A stretch of DNA of 64,000 nt from Escherichia phage UE-S1. The stretch lies in sequence record ON568341.1; one strand, given 5' to 3'. The notes below the pieces were generated by a model that saw only the letters and a program-made list of their open reading frames with translations, was not told the origin of the DNA and did not search any database. Positions 41,954 to 51,386 of this stretch are shown here, piece after piece. The position numbers and the translations under genes are program-made. Within the stretch, counting starts at the first letter, position 1, and each line of letters starts with the position of its first letter.

Positions 41954-43144
41954 TTACAATTGTCTAGGTGTATCCAGAACATATCTATTTGTGCTAGGAC
42001 CGCCATCATCATAAGTTCCGGTTGAATATATATTTTTCATATCAGCAGTTAGAAATGTACGATACGAACCTCTATATATTTTTATTTTATCATACATATT
42101 ATATGTAATTTGTGCTGGCATTGGACATATAGTAAATCTTCCAATAGTCCCCACTGAACCTACCCCCAATGAGCCAGCATAACTACTCGCATTTAAACCA
42201 GTTGCATATACACCAGAACTCGTAACTAGTATACTAGATTGTGATGGGTATCCAGTATGAATTGAATACAAAGTTCCAGGTGGTAATGTCGTACTATTTC
42301 TCCCTAATACAGCAAGTGCCGAACTGGATGTGGTATTATTACCCCATGCACCATTACTTGCTAAACCACCAACTAGGAACTGACGTACACCCGTACTTGG
42401 ATTTTCCACCAAAGCACTGACTGAACCCATTGAGCATCCAGTGTATTGTAACGTTTTTGTGTATGTTGTACTTGGCTGATATAAAGTATATTCATTATAT
42501 AAAGTCCATGTAGTACTGGAACTTATACCGGATGTACCACCACCAATATATAAATTATTTTGTTTATCAAACAACATTACACAGTTATTTGTTGACATTA
42601 TTTGTGCAATATCAACATTAGGTGTTACTGCTTTTACAAATGAACCATCTGTTATTTGTTGAGTTTTTCCAGTACCATCAGCGAATTGTCTAGCCCCACT
42701 CCAACCAGTACTCCATATTGTATTATTATCCATTAAGAAAGTAAACCACGTAGTACCTGCATACATCTGTTTAATTGAAGTACTTGAACTTTGTTTGTAC
42801 AAATTTTCAATATATTGGTTATAACTTAAAAATGATGTAGTACTGGTTGGTAAACCAATATGACTACCAAATCCACAATAGAAATAATTTAAGTCATTAT
42901 CTTGAACTAACAAAGTTCCTTGTGTGATCCAGCAATCATTAACGTTTTCTCTAATTAATGTCCATGTTCTTAATGCAGTGTTGTTTCCTCTCCCAAACTG
43001 CCCAAAACTATTATTACCTCGTGCATATAGTTGACCATCAGTATAAAGTACAACAACATCAGTATCGGTTGTTAGTATTTTCTTAATTTGAAGTGGGATA
43101 GGTACAATATTCCCGTACTTAACCATTCTTGCAAAAGGTAACAT
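41954..43144 (-). CDS. conserved-N-terminus family protein, beta-propeller-like (array member 7)
   Basis: MLPFARMVKYGNIVP; G/S/T/N-rich with NSFGQFGRGNN repeat. Confidence 0.65.
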   Translation of the reverse strand: MLPFARMVKYGNIVPIPLQIKKILTTDTDVVVLYTDGQLYARGNNSFGQFGRGNNTALRTWTLIRENVNDCWITQGTLLVQDNDLNYFYCGFGSHIGLPTSTTSFLSYNQYIENLYKQSSSTSIKQMYAGTTWFTFLMDNNTIWSTGWSGARQFADGTGKTQQITDGSFVKAVTPNVDIAQIMSTNNCVMLFDKQNNLYIGGGTSGISSSTTWTLYNEYTLYQPSTTYTKTLQYTGCSMGSVSALVENPSTGVRQFLVGGLASNGAWGNNTTSSSALAVLGRNSTTLPPGTLYSIHTGYPSQSSILVTSSGVYATGLNASSYAGSLGVGSVGTIGRFTICPMPAQITYNMYDKIKIYRGSYRTFLTADMKNIYSTGTYDDGGPSTNRYVLDTPRQL

Positions 43145-43180
43145 ATTTTCCTCCTTTATTCATTATACTATATTTAATCA

Positions 43181-43208
43181 AAAAGAAAAGCCAGTATCAA
43201 GTACTGGC
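43181..43208 (-). terminator. inter-cassette hairpin plus T-run
   Basis: GCCAGTA-TCAAG-TACTGGC; minus strand followed by TTTTCTTTT. Confidence 0.55.
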
Positions 43209-43215
43209 CTATATT

Positions 43216-43953
43216 TTAGACTGAATTGTTAGGATAATATCTCCCCCTTCCCCATATTATTCGCACAGCACCACCACCAGCAGCCGTATAAGAAGAATTA
43301 TCCCATATACTACCACCACCACCATACCTCTTACCAGCACCACCACTACCAGCACCACCATTATATGAACCACCGTAGCTACCACCAATACCATTAGCAC
43401 CTTGAACAATGATACCAGTACCACCACCCGTACCAATGAACGAGGTACTATAGAATGTACCACCCCCACCGCCGCCACCAGCACCATTTTCACCAGTGAT
43501 TGCATCTCCGTTACCACCTTTACCAGTGTAGCCACCAGCACCACCACCAATGACTGCACCACCACTTACACCAGTGTTGCCACCATTACCACCACCATCA
43601 TTAATAGCGTTAGCAGCTTTTCCACCTAGTCCACCAACCGTATATGCACCAGTGAAGCTAACACATAGTTTTTCAGTTCCACGATATAAACCGTTTTCAA
43701 CTGCTGTAGTAGTGTTGGGATGTGTAAGAGAAACACTTAAGTACTCACCACCAGAAACCGGAATATTATTACGCCACGATAAGCCGCCACCAGCACCACG
43801 TTGACCACCCGGCGAAATAACACATACTGATATTTCGGTAACGCCAGCAGGAACTGTAAATTGTGTTGTTCCTATTGTCGTGATTAATTGTTCACCATGT
43901 GGCTTATATTCAATTTTATTCCCGAACTTAACCATTCTTCCAAAAGGTAACAT
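43216..43953 (-). CDS. conserved-N-terminus family protein with glycine-rich body (array member 6)
   Basis: MLPFGRMVKFGN then long GGxGG tracts. Confidence 0.65.
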   Translation of the reverse strand: MLPFGRMVKFGNKIEYKPHGEQLITTIGTTQFTVPAGVTEISVCVISPGGQRGAGGGLSWRNNIPVSGGEYLSVSLTHPNTTTAVENGLYRGTEKLCVSFTGAYTVGGLGGKAANAINDGGGNGGNTGVSGGAVIGGGAGGYTGKGGNGDAITGENGAGGGGGGGTFYSTSFIGTGGGTGIIVQGANGIGGSYGGSYNGGAGSGGAGKRYGGGGSIWDNSSYTAAGGGAVRIIWGRGRYYPNNSV

Positions 43954-43990
43954 AATTCCCTCCTTTATTTGTTATACTATATTTAATACA

Positions 43991-44018
43991 AAAAGAAAAG
44001 CCAGTACTCAGTACTGGC
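43991..44018 (-). terminator. inter-cassette hairpin plus T-run
   Basis: GCCAGTACT-CA-GTACTGGC. Confidence 0.55.
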
Positions 44019-44024
44019 ATAATG

Positions 44025-45167
44025 TCAATAAGTATCCCAAGGTAATGGTGTCTTCCTAAATCCATACCTGGTTGTGCTCGCACCATCACCAGCAATGTAT
44101 CTACCTATACCACATTGGTATAACTCTGTACTACTACATATAGCACCACCTATAGTACCACTACTCCACTGAATTATATTAGAATATGTTATTGGTAAAT
44201 CACTACATTTAGTATATACAGCAACGGTAGAAGCACCACTAATACCACCAAACATACTTCGCTTAGCACCAGTGTAATATATACCATCTGGACTCATAAA
44301 TGCAGAGGTGTAAGTTGTACTGCAATCCACTGGACTTCTTATTGTATTAAGATCGCCTGGATATGTTCTGACACCAAAGGTGTATACATTACCATCAGTT
44401 GTAATACCATTACCTAACTGCCCACTGTTTTGTCCACCACATGTAAGCAACGATGCAGAACCAGAAACAATTGCAGTAGCATTATACGAAGTGCCCATTG
44501 CAATAGAAGCACCAGACAATAGTTTTGGAGTAACAATAGCTGTTGTATTACCCTGGCCTAATTCACCATTTGTGTTTCGTCCCCATGCGTATATGGAAGT
44601 AGTATCCAACCTACATAGTACTGAACCATAACTAAACGTATATCGCATGTCAATTACCGCAGAAGGCAAATTAACCTTAGTTGCAACACTAATAACACCA
44701 CCAGTAACACCACTGTTTGCGTTCATGTTACGACCATATGCATATAAAGAACCATCTGAAGTTTTAATATGCATCATACCATCTGTACAATATAATGCAT
44801 CTATACTCTCCACCGCAACCGGACCCATACTGGTAGTTATATCGGTCCACCCAAGAGTAGTAGTACTAGAAATTAAGTTATTTCCTGCGTATAGTATTCT
44901 ATTATTATTAGTAACTACAACTGTATATCTGGCAGTAACACCAATTAATCGAACATCAGTATATATCTTAGACCACGCACCTAATGAATTGGTGTTTGCA
45001 TCCAAAAAGCCCAACTGCCCATCTGTATTGTATCCAATGCCCCATACATCACCTGCACTGTCCAATAACACTTCATGTGAAAATCCAATCTTAAAATCTT
45101 TTATTGTAGGAACTACCGGATCTGGTGCAATATTCCCGTACTTAACCATTCTAGTAAAAGGTAACAT
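44025..45167 (-). CDS. RCC1-like beta-propeller protein with conserved N-terminus (array member 5)
   Basis: MLPFTRMVKYGNIAP; repeats GYNTDGQLGF, GRNTNGELGQGN, GGQNSGQLGNG. Confidence 0.7.
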   Translation of the reverse strand: MLPFTRMVKYGNIAPDPVVPTIKDFKIGFSHEVLLDSAGDVWGIGYNTDGQLGFLDANTNSLGAWSKIYTDVRLIGVTARYTVVVTNNNRILYAGNNLISSTTTLGWTDITTSMGPVAVESIDALYCTDGMMHIKTSDGSLYAYGRNMNANSGVTGGVISVATKVNLPSAVIDMRYTFSYGSVLCRLDTTSIYAWGRNTNGELGQGNTTAIVTPKLLSGASIAMGTSYNATAIVSGSASLLTCGGQNSGQLGNGITTDGNVYTFGVRTYPGDLNTIRSPVDCSTTYTSAFMSPDGIYYTGAKRSMFGGISGASTVAVYTKCSDLPITYSNIIQWSSGTIGGAICSSTELYQCGIGRYIAGDGASTTRYGFRKTPLPWDTY

Positions 45168-45203
45168 AATTCCCTCCCTTATTCATTATAATATATTTAA
45201 TAC

Positions 45204-45234
45204 AAAAAAGAAAAGCCAGTACTTGAGTACTGGC
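45204..45234 (-). terminator. inter-cassette hairpin plus T-run
   Basis: GCCAGTACT-TG-AGTACTGGC. Confidence 0.55.
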
Positions 45235-45240
45235 ATTATG

Positions 45241-46350
45241 TTATTTTGGTAAATCAATTTTAGTAAAGACTGCAACATCCTCGCTTGCCCCAGGAATGGC
45301 GTAATACGATCCAGTACTATATACATCTCCGTCTTTGGTTAATATTGATGTTAAACCATCACTAAAAAGAACATCCCTAATCTCACTAACTTCAACGGGT
45401 AATTGTAAATTAGTAGCACTATATATTGCACCAGTTTGAGAATTGTTTAATCCCAAACCACGGTTCGCCCCAACACCCTTCTGATATGTACTAGTAATTA
45501 TCATTTGTGTAGCAGTATTTAAGGCAGGTGAATTCGTCATAAACAACGGAGAACTATTAGGCAAAGTACTTGCAGGAACTGCACGAAATGAAGTTGTATC
45601 TGAACTAAGAAAGTTTGGCGTTTGACCACATACGAAATATGATGTACCATTATAGTAATTAAATGCATTACCACCAATGACTGCATCGATTACACCAGAG
45701 CTACGTAATCCCCACGTGTTAATTTGTGTTCGGTTCCCCGTGCCATGCTGACCCCTGTCATTCCACCCAGAACTATATAACTTATTATCTAATGTAATAT
45801 ACATACTGTCATTTGCATTCGTCATTACTTTACGCACATTAGTAGCACATTGAGTTAATGTGTAAATTGATGATGAACCAATACCTAAAGCACCACGATA
45901 TCCATTAGCTCCTGCACCATAGAGTACTGAACTAGTGCTAAGTACAAATATTAAACCATACGAACATACAATATTAGCAATTTCACTCACTGGTATAGCA
46001 CTGGTAAACCAATTAGTTCTTTCAACTAATACTGTGCTGTAAGAAGTAGTTGTAGACGATGTGAACCAATATGTTTCCCCTGATGTCCATATAGTATTAT
46101 CATTTTTAATAATAACAAGTGCACGATCACCTACGAAAAAATTAGAAACATCTGCACTTACTAATATCCATGAAGATACCGTGTTTTTATTACCATTTCC
46201 AGATTCACCACCTTGATTTCTACCTATGTAATATAAATCATGTGAATCAGTTAATAAGAATTGACCCTGTGTAGATGCACCAACTTTAATTATATTTTTA
46301 GGACCAGGTACAATATTCCCATAATCAAACATTCTTACAAAAGGTAACAT
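45241..46350 (-). CDS. RCC1-like beta-propeller protein with conserved N-terminus (array member 4)
   Basis: Track ORF to 46365; start moved to internal ATG (MLPFVRMFDYGNIVP) with GGAG 9 nt upstream. Confidence 0.65.
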   Translation of the reverse strand: MLPFVRMFDYGNIVPGPKNIIKVGASTQGQFLLTDSHDLYYIGRNQGGESGNGNKNTVSSWILVSADVSNFFVGDRALVIIKNDNTIWTSGETYWFTSSTTTSYSTVLVERTNWFTSAIPVSEIANIVCSYGLIFVLSTSSVLYGAGANGYRGALGIGSSSIYTLTQCATNVRKVMTNANDSMYITLDNKLYSSGWNDRGQHGTGNRTQINTWGLRSSGVIDAVIGGNAFNYYNGTSYFVCGQTPNFLSSDTTSFRAVPASTLPNSSPLFMTNSPALNTATQMIITSTYQKGVGANRGLGLNNSQTGAIYSATNLQLPVEVSEIRDVLFSDGLTSILTKDGDVYSTGSYYAIPGASEDVAVFTKIDLPK

Positions 46351-46387
46351 AACTAAAATCTCCATATAATAATTATAATGTATTTAC

Positions 46388-46420
46388 AAAAAAATACCAG
46401 CACATATTTCAGTACTGGTA
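46388..46420 (-). terminator. inter-cassette hairpin plus T-run
   Basis: TACCAG..AGTACTGGTA stem with T7 on minus strand. Confidence 0.5.
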
Positions 46421-46425
46421 TAATG

Positions 46426-47607
46426 TTATGGTAAAATAATAGCTTGTAACGAACTCATACCCAATGTTGGAACACTCGCCTGTGGTGCTGGAGAATTCAA
46501 TTTTGGTGATGAAACCGCATATGACATTCCTGAACCCAAATCTGGATCAAAAACTACAGCACAATAATTCCCACTATATATAAGTCCATTCTTGTATCCT
46601 TGTGCACTTTGAATGCATTTCGTGAACGTACCAATATCTGTAGTGGCATTTATTAAGTTCCTCCCACGATAACCGCAGGTGTATATGAAATTATCATCGC
46701 CTATGTACATACTAGAATCCCCAGAAGAACTACATAGATACGACATATAAGCACGCATGTTTTTAGGAGCAACTGACAATGTACCTGCATAGAATTTATT
46801 ATTCGAACCCGTAATATTACCATCACCCAATGCACCAAAACTTCCCCAGCCAGTACCGTAATATCTCTTATCACTCAAAAATATAATACAGTTGTTATTA
46901 CACATCTTGATTTGATATATCAATGAAGGATCAATCCCAGGGAATGATTCAGTGAATGTTAGAACAGCCGGATCAGTACTAGCATTACATTGATGATATG
47001 TATTAGTACCAGCGGACAAGATTGTTCCATTAGCTAACAGAATTCTCGCAGTACCAGTACCAGCAGTACAAGCAACTGCACTTCCTGCACTTCCGGTGTA
47101 TATTTGTCTGAAAGTAAAGAAACCAACAGTTTTACTTCCCTGCCCACTCCAACCAGTATTATCAACTCCACACGCCCATACTGAACCATCTTGCATGATC
47201 ATCATTACACCAAAGCGTTCTATTGAAATATAAACAATCTTCGTTGTATCAACTGCACTAAATCTAGAAGTTATATCAGTCCATACCTTAACACTTACCG
47301 CCGTCGCACTGGAAGTAGGATCTTCACCAGCTATCATTATCCTCCCATTGTTAGTAAGATACATTGTCTGACTATAACCAGTACTACAAAACTTAACACT
47401 ATCAGTCTCTGGAACTTTTAACCACTCGTTGTAACGTGTTACGTTAGTGTTATTACCTAACTGATAATAGTTATTCATCCCAGATACATATAACACACCA
47501 TCCTTTATTAAACTATAAGTCGCACTATAGTCACTACAGGTATAACGTGTACCCACAGGTGGCTCAACGACGTTCCCGTACTTAACCATTCTCCCAAAAG
47601 GTAACAT
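46426..47607 (-). CDS. RCC1-like beta-propeller protein with conserved N-terminus (array member 3)
   Basis: MLPFGRMVKYGNVVEP; repeats NNYYQLGNN, DNTGWSGQGS, GSFGALGDGN. Confidence 0.7.
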   Translation of the reverse strand: MLPFGRMVKYGNVVEPPVGTRYTCSDYSATYSLIKDGVLYVSGMNNYYQLGNNTNVTRYNEWLKVPETDSVKFCSTGYSQTMYLTNNGRIMIAGEDPTSSATAVSVKVWTDITSRFSAVDTTKIVYISIERFGVMMIMQDGSVWACGVDNTGWSGQGSKTVGFFTFRQIYTGSAGSAVACTAGTGTARILLANGTILSAGTNTYHQCNASTDPAVLTFTESFPGIDPSLIYQIKMCNNNCIIFLSDKRYYGTGWGSFGALGDGNITGSNNKFYAGTLSVAPKNMRAYMSYLCSSSGDSSMYIGDDNFIYTCGYRGRNLINATTDIGTFTKCIQSAQGYKNGLIYSGNYCAVVFDPDLGSGMSYAVSSPKLNSPAPQASVPTLGMSSLQAIILP

Positions 47608-47642
47608 AATAAAATCTCCGTAATTAAATTATATAGTATTTA

Positions 47643-47676
47643 CAAAAAATACCAGTACATATTTCAGTACTGACCT
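47643..47676 (-). terminator. inter-cassette hairpin plus T-run
   Basis: CAGTAC-loop-GTACTG palindrome with T-run. Confidence 0.5.
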
Positions 47677-47680
47677 ATTA

Positions 47681-48802
47681 TTAAAAGGGCAACGGTAACT
47701 CAGTAAAAGTACTTACGTCCGGTAAACCATACATTAAATTAGCATCACCACAGTAATACCACTTCGTAGAATCATGTACCACCGATAAACGCTGTGCACA
47801 TAACACTTCCTGTATGTCATTAAACACCATCGGGACTAACTCATATGTATCTGCAAATGAAGATTCACTACCACTCGCATGAAAAGTATTTGTCCCAGCA
47901 TAAAATAACTGATTAGTGTTCTTACCCACAGCAAATGTTATCAAAACCCCATCATTCTCCCATAAAGAAGAAAACTTATCAACACTACCAGAAAGCTCTG
48001 TGTAAGTACTCGTAATGGCACTCGCCGCCGCCGCATTACCCATCTGTTTATTCAAGTTCTGTCCAGCAATAAAATATCTCGTTCGTGCACTAGAATCAGT
48101 ATATAATAACCCAGTGTTCGTAGTCATCATTCCAATGTCCTTAATCGTCATATCAGTCTGTGAATAACTTAGATACGAAGTTAAATTAACATTATTACCC
48201 AACGAACCGTTAGAACTCATGCCACAACGATGTAATATACCACTTGTATCAACGTAGATAGTACTAACTAAACTCGTATACAACTCTTGTACATTATTCG
48301 CAATAAACACAGCAGTCGCCTTATTACTAACCCCACCAAATGATAGGTTATTATCAAATCCCTTAGCGTATAATTGATTATTAGTAGTCAATAATCCAAT
48401 CGTGTAATAAGACATTTTCATATCCCTTACTGTACTCAAATCTACTGCCCCAAATTGATACGTAACATCTGTCCATTTGAAAATCTGTGCACTACCAACA
48501 CCACCCGTTTCAAACCATTTGTCACCACAGTACAATATGCGATTATCCTTAGTAAAGATAACTGTTAACAATCCACTACCACACGCAAACTTTACATCAC
48601 TTCTAACCTTCGTCCAATCAAGTACATAGGTAGTGGTGTTATTACCTATACCTAACTTGCCATAACGGTTATAACCACGCACCCATAAATCACCACTCTT
48701 AGTAATTAATAGTAATGCGTCTCCTGTACTTATTATTCGAAATCCCGAACTAGGATCAGGGGCAATATTCCCGTACTTAACCATTCTCCCAAAAGGTAAC
48801 AT
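47681..48802 (-). CDS. RCC1-like beta-propeller protein with conserved N-terminus (array member 2)
   Basis: MLPFGRMVKYGNIAPDP; repeats GYNRYGKLGIGNN, SSNGSLGNN. Confidence 0.7.
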   Translation of the reverse strand: MLPFGRMVKYGNIAPDPSSGFRIISTGDALLLITKSGDLWVRGYNRYGKLGIGNNTTTYVLDWTKVRSDVKFACGSGLLTVIFTKDNRILYCGDKWFETGGVGSAQIFKWTDVTYQFGAVDLSTVRDMKMSYYTIGLLTTNNQLYAKGFDNNLSFGGVSNKATAVFIANNVQELYTSLVSTIYVDTSGILHRCGMSSNGSLGNNVNLTSYLSYSQTDMTIKDIGMMTTNTGLLYTDSSARTRYFIAGQNLNKQMGNAAAASAITSTYTELSGSVDKFSSLWENDGVLITFAVGKNTNQLFYAGTNTFHASGSESSFADTYELVPMVFNDIQEVLCAQRLSVVHDSTKWYYCGDANLMYGLPDVSTFTELPLPF

Positions 48803-48837
48803 ATTTTCCTCCTTTATTCATTATACTATATTTAATA

Positions 48838-48869
48838 CAAAAAGAAATGCCAGTATCAAGTACTGGCAT
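48838..48869 (-). terminator. inter-cassette hairpin plus T-run
   Basis: ATGCCAGTA-TCAAG-TACTGGCAT. Confidence 0.55.
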
Positions 48870-48875
48870 ATTAAT

Positions 48876-50024
48876 TCATTGTATAAATGACATATCTACT
48901 TCTGTATAATTAAGAACGTTCTGTCCAGAAATACCACCCATTACTACTATTGCAAGGCCACAATAATATAATTTTCCAGTATCCGTAAGTATAAGTGATC
49001 CAGATGGACTGCGTACCAAATCACACGAACTATTAAAAGAAGTATAAGAAGGAGTATAGGAGTACTGATTATTATTATTACCAACACCTAATTGCCCAAA
49101 CCCATTCGATCCAGAAGCATATAGAACTTCATCTGCTTTGACAATATGTGATGCCATGTTACCAACACAAGTATATAGAGTATAAACTCCTGAACTCAAT
49201 AATGTCGGAGTTTTATATTGTATATCTGTAGATGTAGAAGTACCACCTGTACCAAATTCGTTCCCATATTGTGCACCGAACTGTTTGCCACAAGCGTACA
49301 AATTATTATCCGATTTGATAAAAAATGTACTCTGATAACTTACATTAAAATCTATAACATCCGAAGAAATCATCGTCACCCCAGTAATAGAAGTTTGATT
49401 ACCCGTGCCCAACTGGTAGTAATAGTTAAAACCACAACCCCATAAAGTATTATCTTCTCGCAAATAAATGTTACCAACTGCCTTTTTAACCGAAGTTATA
49501 GTATCTACTCTTTTGAATGTGTTAAAAGAATTAATGTTTGTACCATCACCAAATGATGATATGTTCGATATATTGTTAACTCCACAACAATACAATGTAC
49601 CATCTTTTGTTATCAAATTCACCTTCATATCATAAAAACTACTCATGTATTTTATATCAGAAACATTAACACCACTTGATGTTATCCACGTAGTACAGTC
49701 CGTCCACAAAGTTTTTCTATCAGTTACACCAGTGAATGCCTTCGTGTTACCAGTGATAAAAACTTTTCCAGTACCTTTCTCTTCATACAATTGACAATCA
49801 CTACTGTTATCTTCCAATAGAACTCGTTTAACATTCTCCGCACAAAGAATAAATTTACTCGATGCTACACCTGTACCAGTACCCCAATTCGTCGCAGAAG
49901 ATGCATACAACTTATCAGTATAAGTATCATGAAGATACATAGAATCACTGGAATATATTTTAAAACGCCCTTCTTTCTCAGGTATAATATTCCCGTACTT
50001 AACCATTCTCCCAAAAGGTAACAT
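48876..50024 (-). CDS. RCC1-like beta-propeller protein with conserved N-terminus (array member 1, most upstream)
   Basis: MLPFGRMVKYGNIIPE; repeats GFNYYYQLGTGN, GSNGFGQLGVGNN. Confidence 0.7.
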   Translation of the reverse strand: MLPFGRMVKYGNIIPEKEGRFKIYSSDSMYLHDTYTDKLYASSATNWGTGTGVASSKFILCAENVKRVLLEDNSSDCQLYEEKGTGKVFITGNTKAFTGVTDRKTLWTDCTTWITSSGVNVSDIKYMSSFYDMKVNLITKDGTLYCCGVNNISNISSFGDGTNINSFNTFKRVDTITSVKKAVGNIYLREDNTLWGCGFNYYYQLGTGNQTSITGVTMISSDVIDFNVSYQSTFFIKSDNNLYACGKQFGAQYGNEFGTGGTSTSTDIQYKTPTLLSSGVYTLYTCVGNMASHIVKADEVLYASGSNGFGQLGVGNNNNQYSYTPSYTSFNSSCDLVRSPSGSLILTDTGKLYYCGLAIVVMGGISGQNVLNYTEVDMSFIQ

Positions 50025-50066
50025 ATTCCCTCCTTATTCATTATATCATATTTACCCAAAAAACAC

Positions 50067-50095
50067 TTGACACCCTTTCAGTACTGTTGTACAAT
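50067..50095 (+). promoter_or_regulatory. sigma-70-type promoter (TTGACA-17-TACAAT)
   Basis: TTGACACCCTTTCAGTACTGTTGTACAAT in divergent intergenic region. Confidence 0.5.
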
Positions 50096-50120
50096 AGAAG
50101 GAATATTAGGAGAACTACAT

Positions 50121-50348
50121 ATGACAAATACCCTTAAGTACTACCTCAATACTCTGCCCGACCTAGAGTACGGGAAGTTTCTCGCAGATAGTTCGTGGCT
50201 GATTGAGCTAAAAAAATATAATAGTCCCGGATGCACCCTTATGATGAACAATGCAATTGATACCCTTATAGTGAGTATTTTACATAGCAACATCTACGGG
50301 GATAACAATAAACAATTAACAAAAATCTTAGTACTGCTATCTCTATGA
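50121..50348 (+). CDS. small protein, tandem paralogue family C
   Basis: Track ORF trimmed to ATG after AGGAG; N-terminus MTNTLKYYLNTLP. Confidence 0.5.
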   Translation: MTNTLKYYLNTLPDLEYGKFLADSSWLIELKKYNSPGCTLMMNNAIDTLIVSILHSNIYGDNNKQLTKILVLLSL

Positions 50349-50557
50349 ACACTATGAGCACTGAACAGTTCTACATCAATGCACTACCAACTAAAAGTCT
50401 TCAAGAAAGCTTACTGTATACACAAAAGAATTTTAAAAACTTCAAACGTTGCCCTAAACTACTGAACTCGTACAGGAATAATATTATAAGAAATGTTTTA
50501 CAAGGAGAAGAAAGTATGCAATACTATCACATCCTTATACTTATATTGGAGTACTAA
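50345..50557 (+). CDS. small protein, family C
   Basis: ATGA overlap; ends LILILEY. Confidence 0.5.
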   Translation: MNTMSTEQFYINALPTKSLQESLLYTQKNFKNFKRCPKLLNSYRNNIIRNVLQGEESMQYYHILILILEY

Positions 50558-50558
50558 T

Positions 50559-50768
50559 ATGAATACTGAACATAAAGAATTCTACACCAAATACCTCAGT
50601 AACGAAGAACAATTGTTTCTAAGAAGTGTATCACCGGTAAGTACCAATACTCAATTCGGTAGAGATTGCTTTAATAATTGTATACGTAGTACCCTAGAAG
50701 CAATCGAATATAATAACAAAAATATTATGTACTCAGGTTTAATAGGACTAATATTCTTCTATGAATAA
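50559..50768 (+). CDS. small protein, family C
   Basis: Start in TACTAATATGAATA junction; MNTEHKEFYTKYL ... LIFFYE. Confidence 0.55.
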   Translation: MNTEHKEFYTKYLSNEEQLFLRSVSPVSTNTQFGRDCFNNCIRSTLEAIEYNNKNIMYSGLIGLIFFYE

Positions 50769-50955
50769 TCATAAAGATTTCTATGGTAGTAAACTACACA
50801 AACATGAACAGCTATCATTCTCTTTAGCACCACCTATGAGAAAGGATAATCTATATTATAATTACGATTTCAGGATGGCGACACGTTATGCAATAGAACA
50901 TCAGTTCCCTGAAACTAAGTACCGCTCTATCCTGAACCTCATCTTTAAGTTCTAA
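50761..50955 (+). CDS. small protein, family C
   Basis: MNNHKDFYGSKL ... LIFKF. Confidence 0.55.
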   Translation: MNNHKDFYGSKLHKHEQLSFSLAPPMRKDNLYYNYDFRMATRYAIEHQFPETKYRSILNLIFKF

Positions 50956-51002
50956 AAACAGCACCAGGGTCCGAGTACTTTAACATAGTAAGGCTAATTA
51001 CA

Positions 51003-51188
51003 ATGAATCATATACGCTACTATTACCAACAACTATCCGACAGGGACAAGTACAGCCACAATTCCCATGTATGGTACTACAAACGCGGCAGTATAAGAGA
51101 CAAACAACATTACTTCTGTATTTCTATTAAAGAAGCACTAACAACTAAGTACACGTACAGAGCAGTACTTAAACTAATCTCTATCTAA
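51003..51188 (+). CDS. small protein, family C-like
   Basis: Track ORF in array. Confidence 0.45.
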   Translation: MNHIRYYYQQLSDRDKYSHNSHVWYYKRGSIRDKQHYFCISIKEALTTKYTYRAVLKLISI

Positions 51189-51196
51189 GGAATACT

Positions 51197-51376
51197 ATGC
51201 AAGAATTCTATATAGAACATATAACCATAAAAGACCGTTTCATGTACCACACCTTCGTGAAATACTACAAACTGGGAACAAAAAGTACTAAAAATATTAA
51301 TCTCAATAGCTGCATTCATTCTGCACTAACAAAAGATAATCCCTTCAGGGAAATCCTCGCACTAGCATCTGTATAA
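51197..51376 (+). CDS. small protein, family C (59 aa, below track cut-off)
   Basis: ATG after AAGGAATACT; MQEFYIEHI. Confidence 0.45.
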   Translation: MQEFYIEHITIKDRFMYHTFVKYYKLGTKSTKNINLNSCIHSALTKDNPFREILALASV

Positions 51377-51386
51377 AGGAAACCAA

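Noticed and set aside
43257-45252. Long ORFs on the plus strand overlapping the minus-strand array genes (43257-43565 on minus in another frame, 43402-43629, 43550-43804, 44380-44631, 44647-45252)
   Set aside because: They lie antisense to or out of frame with the conserved-N-terminus genes and have low-complexity V/T/P-rich translations typical of alternate frames of G-rich coding DNA.
46351-46365. Upstream ATG giving MEILV before MLPFVRM in array member 4
   Set aside because: No RBS before the upstream ATG; GGAG sits 9 nt before the internal ATG and all eight paralogues start at MLPF.
49218-50059. ORFs 49218-49445 (+) and 49865-50059 (-) overlapping the first array gene
   Set aside because: Nested within a gene that has a conserved start module; no RBS or independent support.
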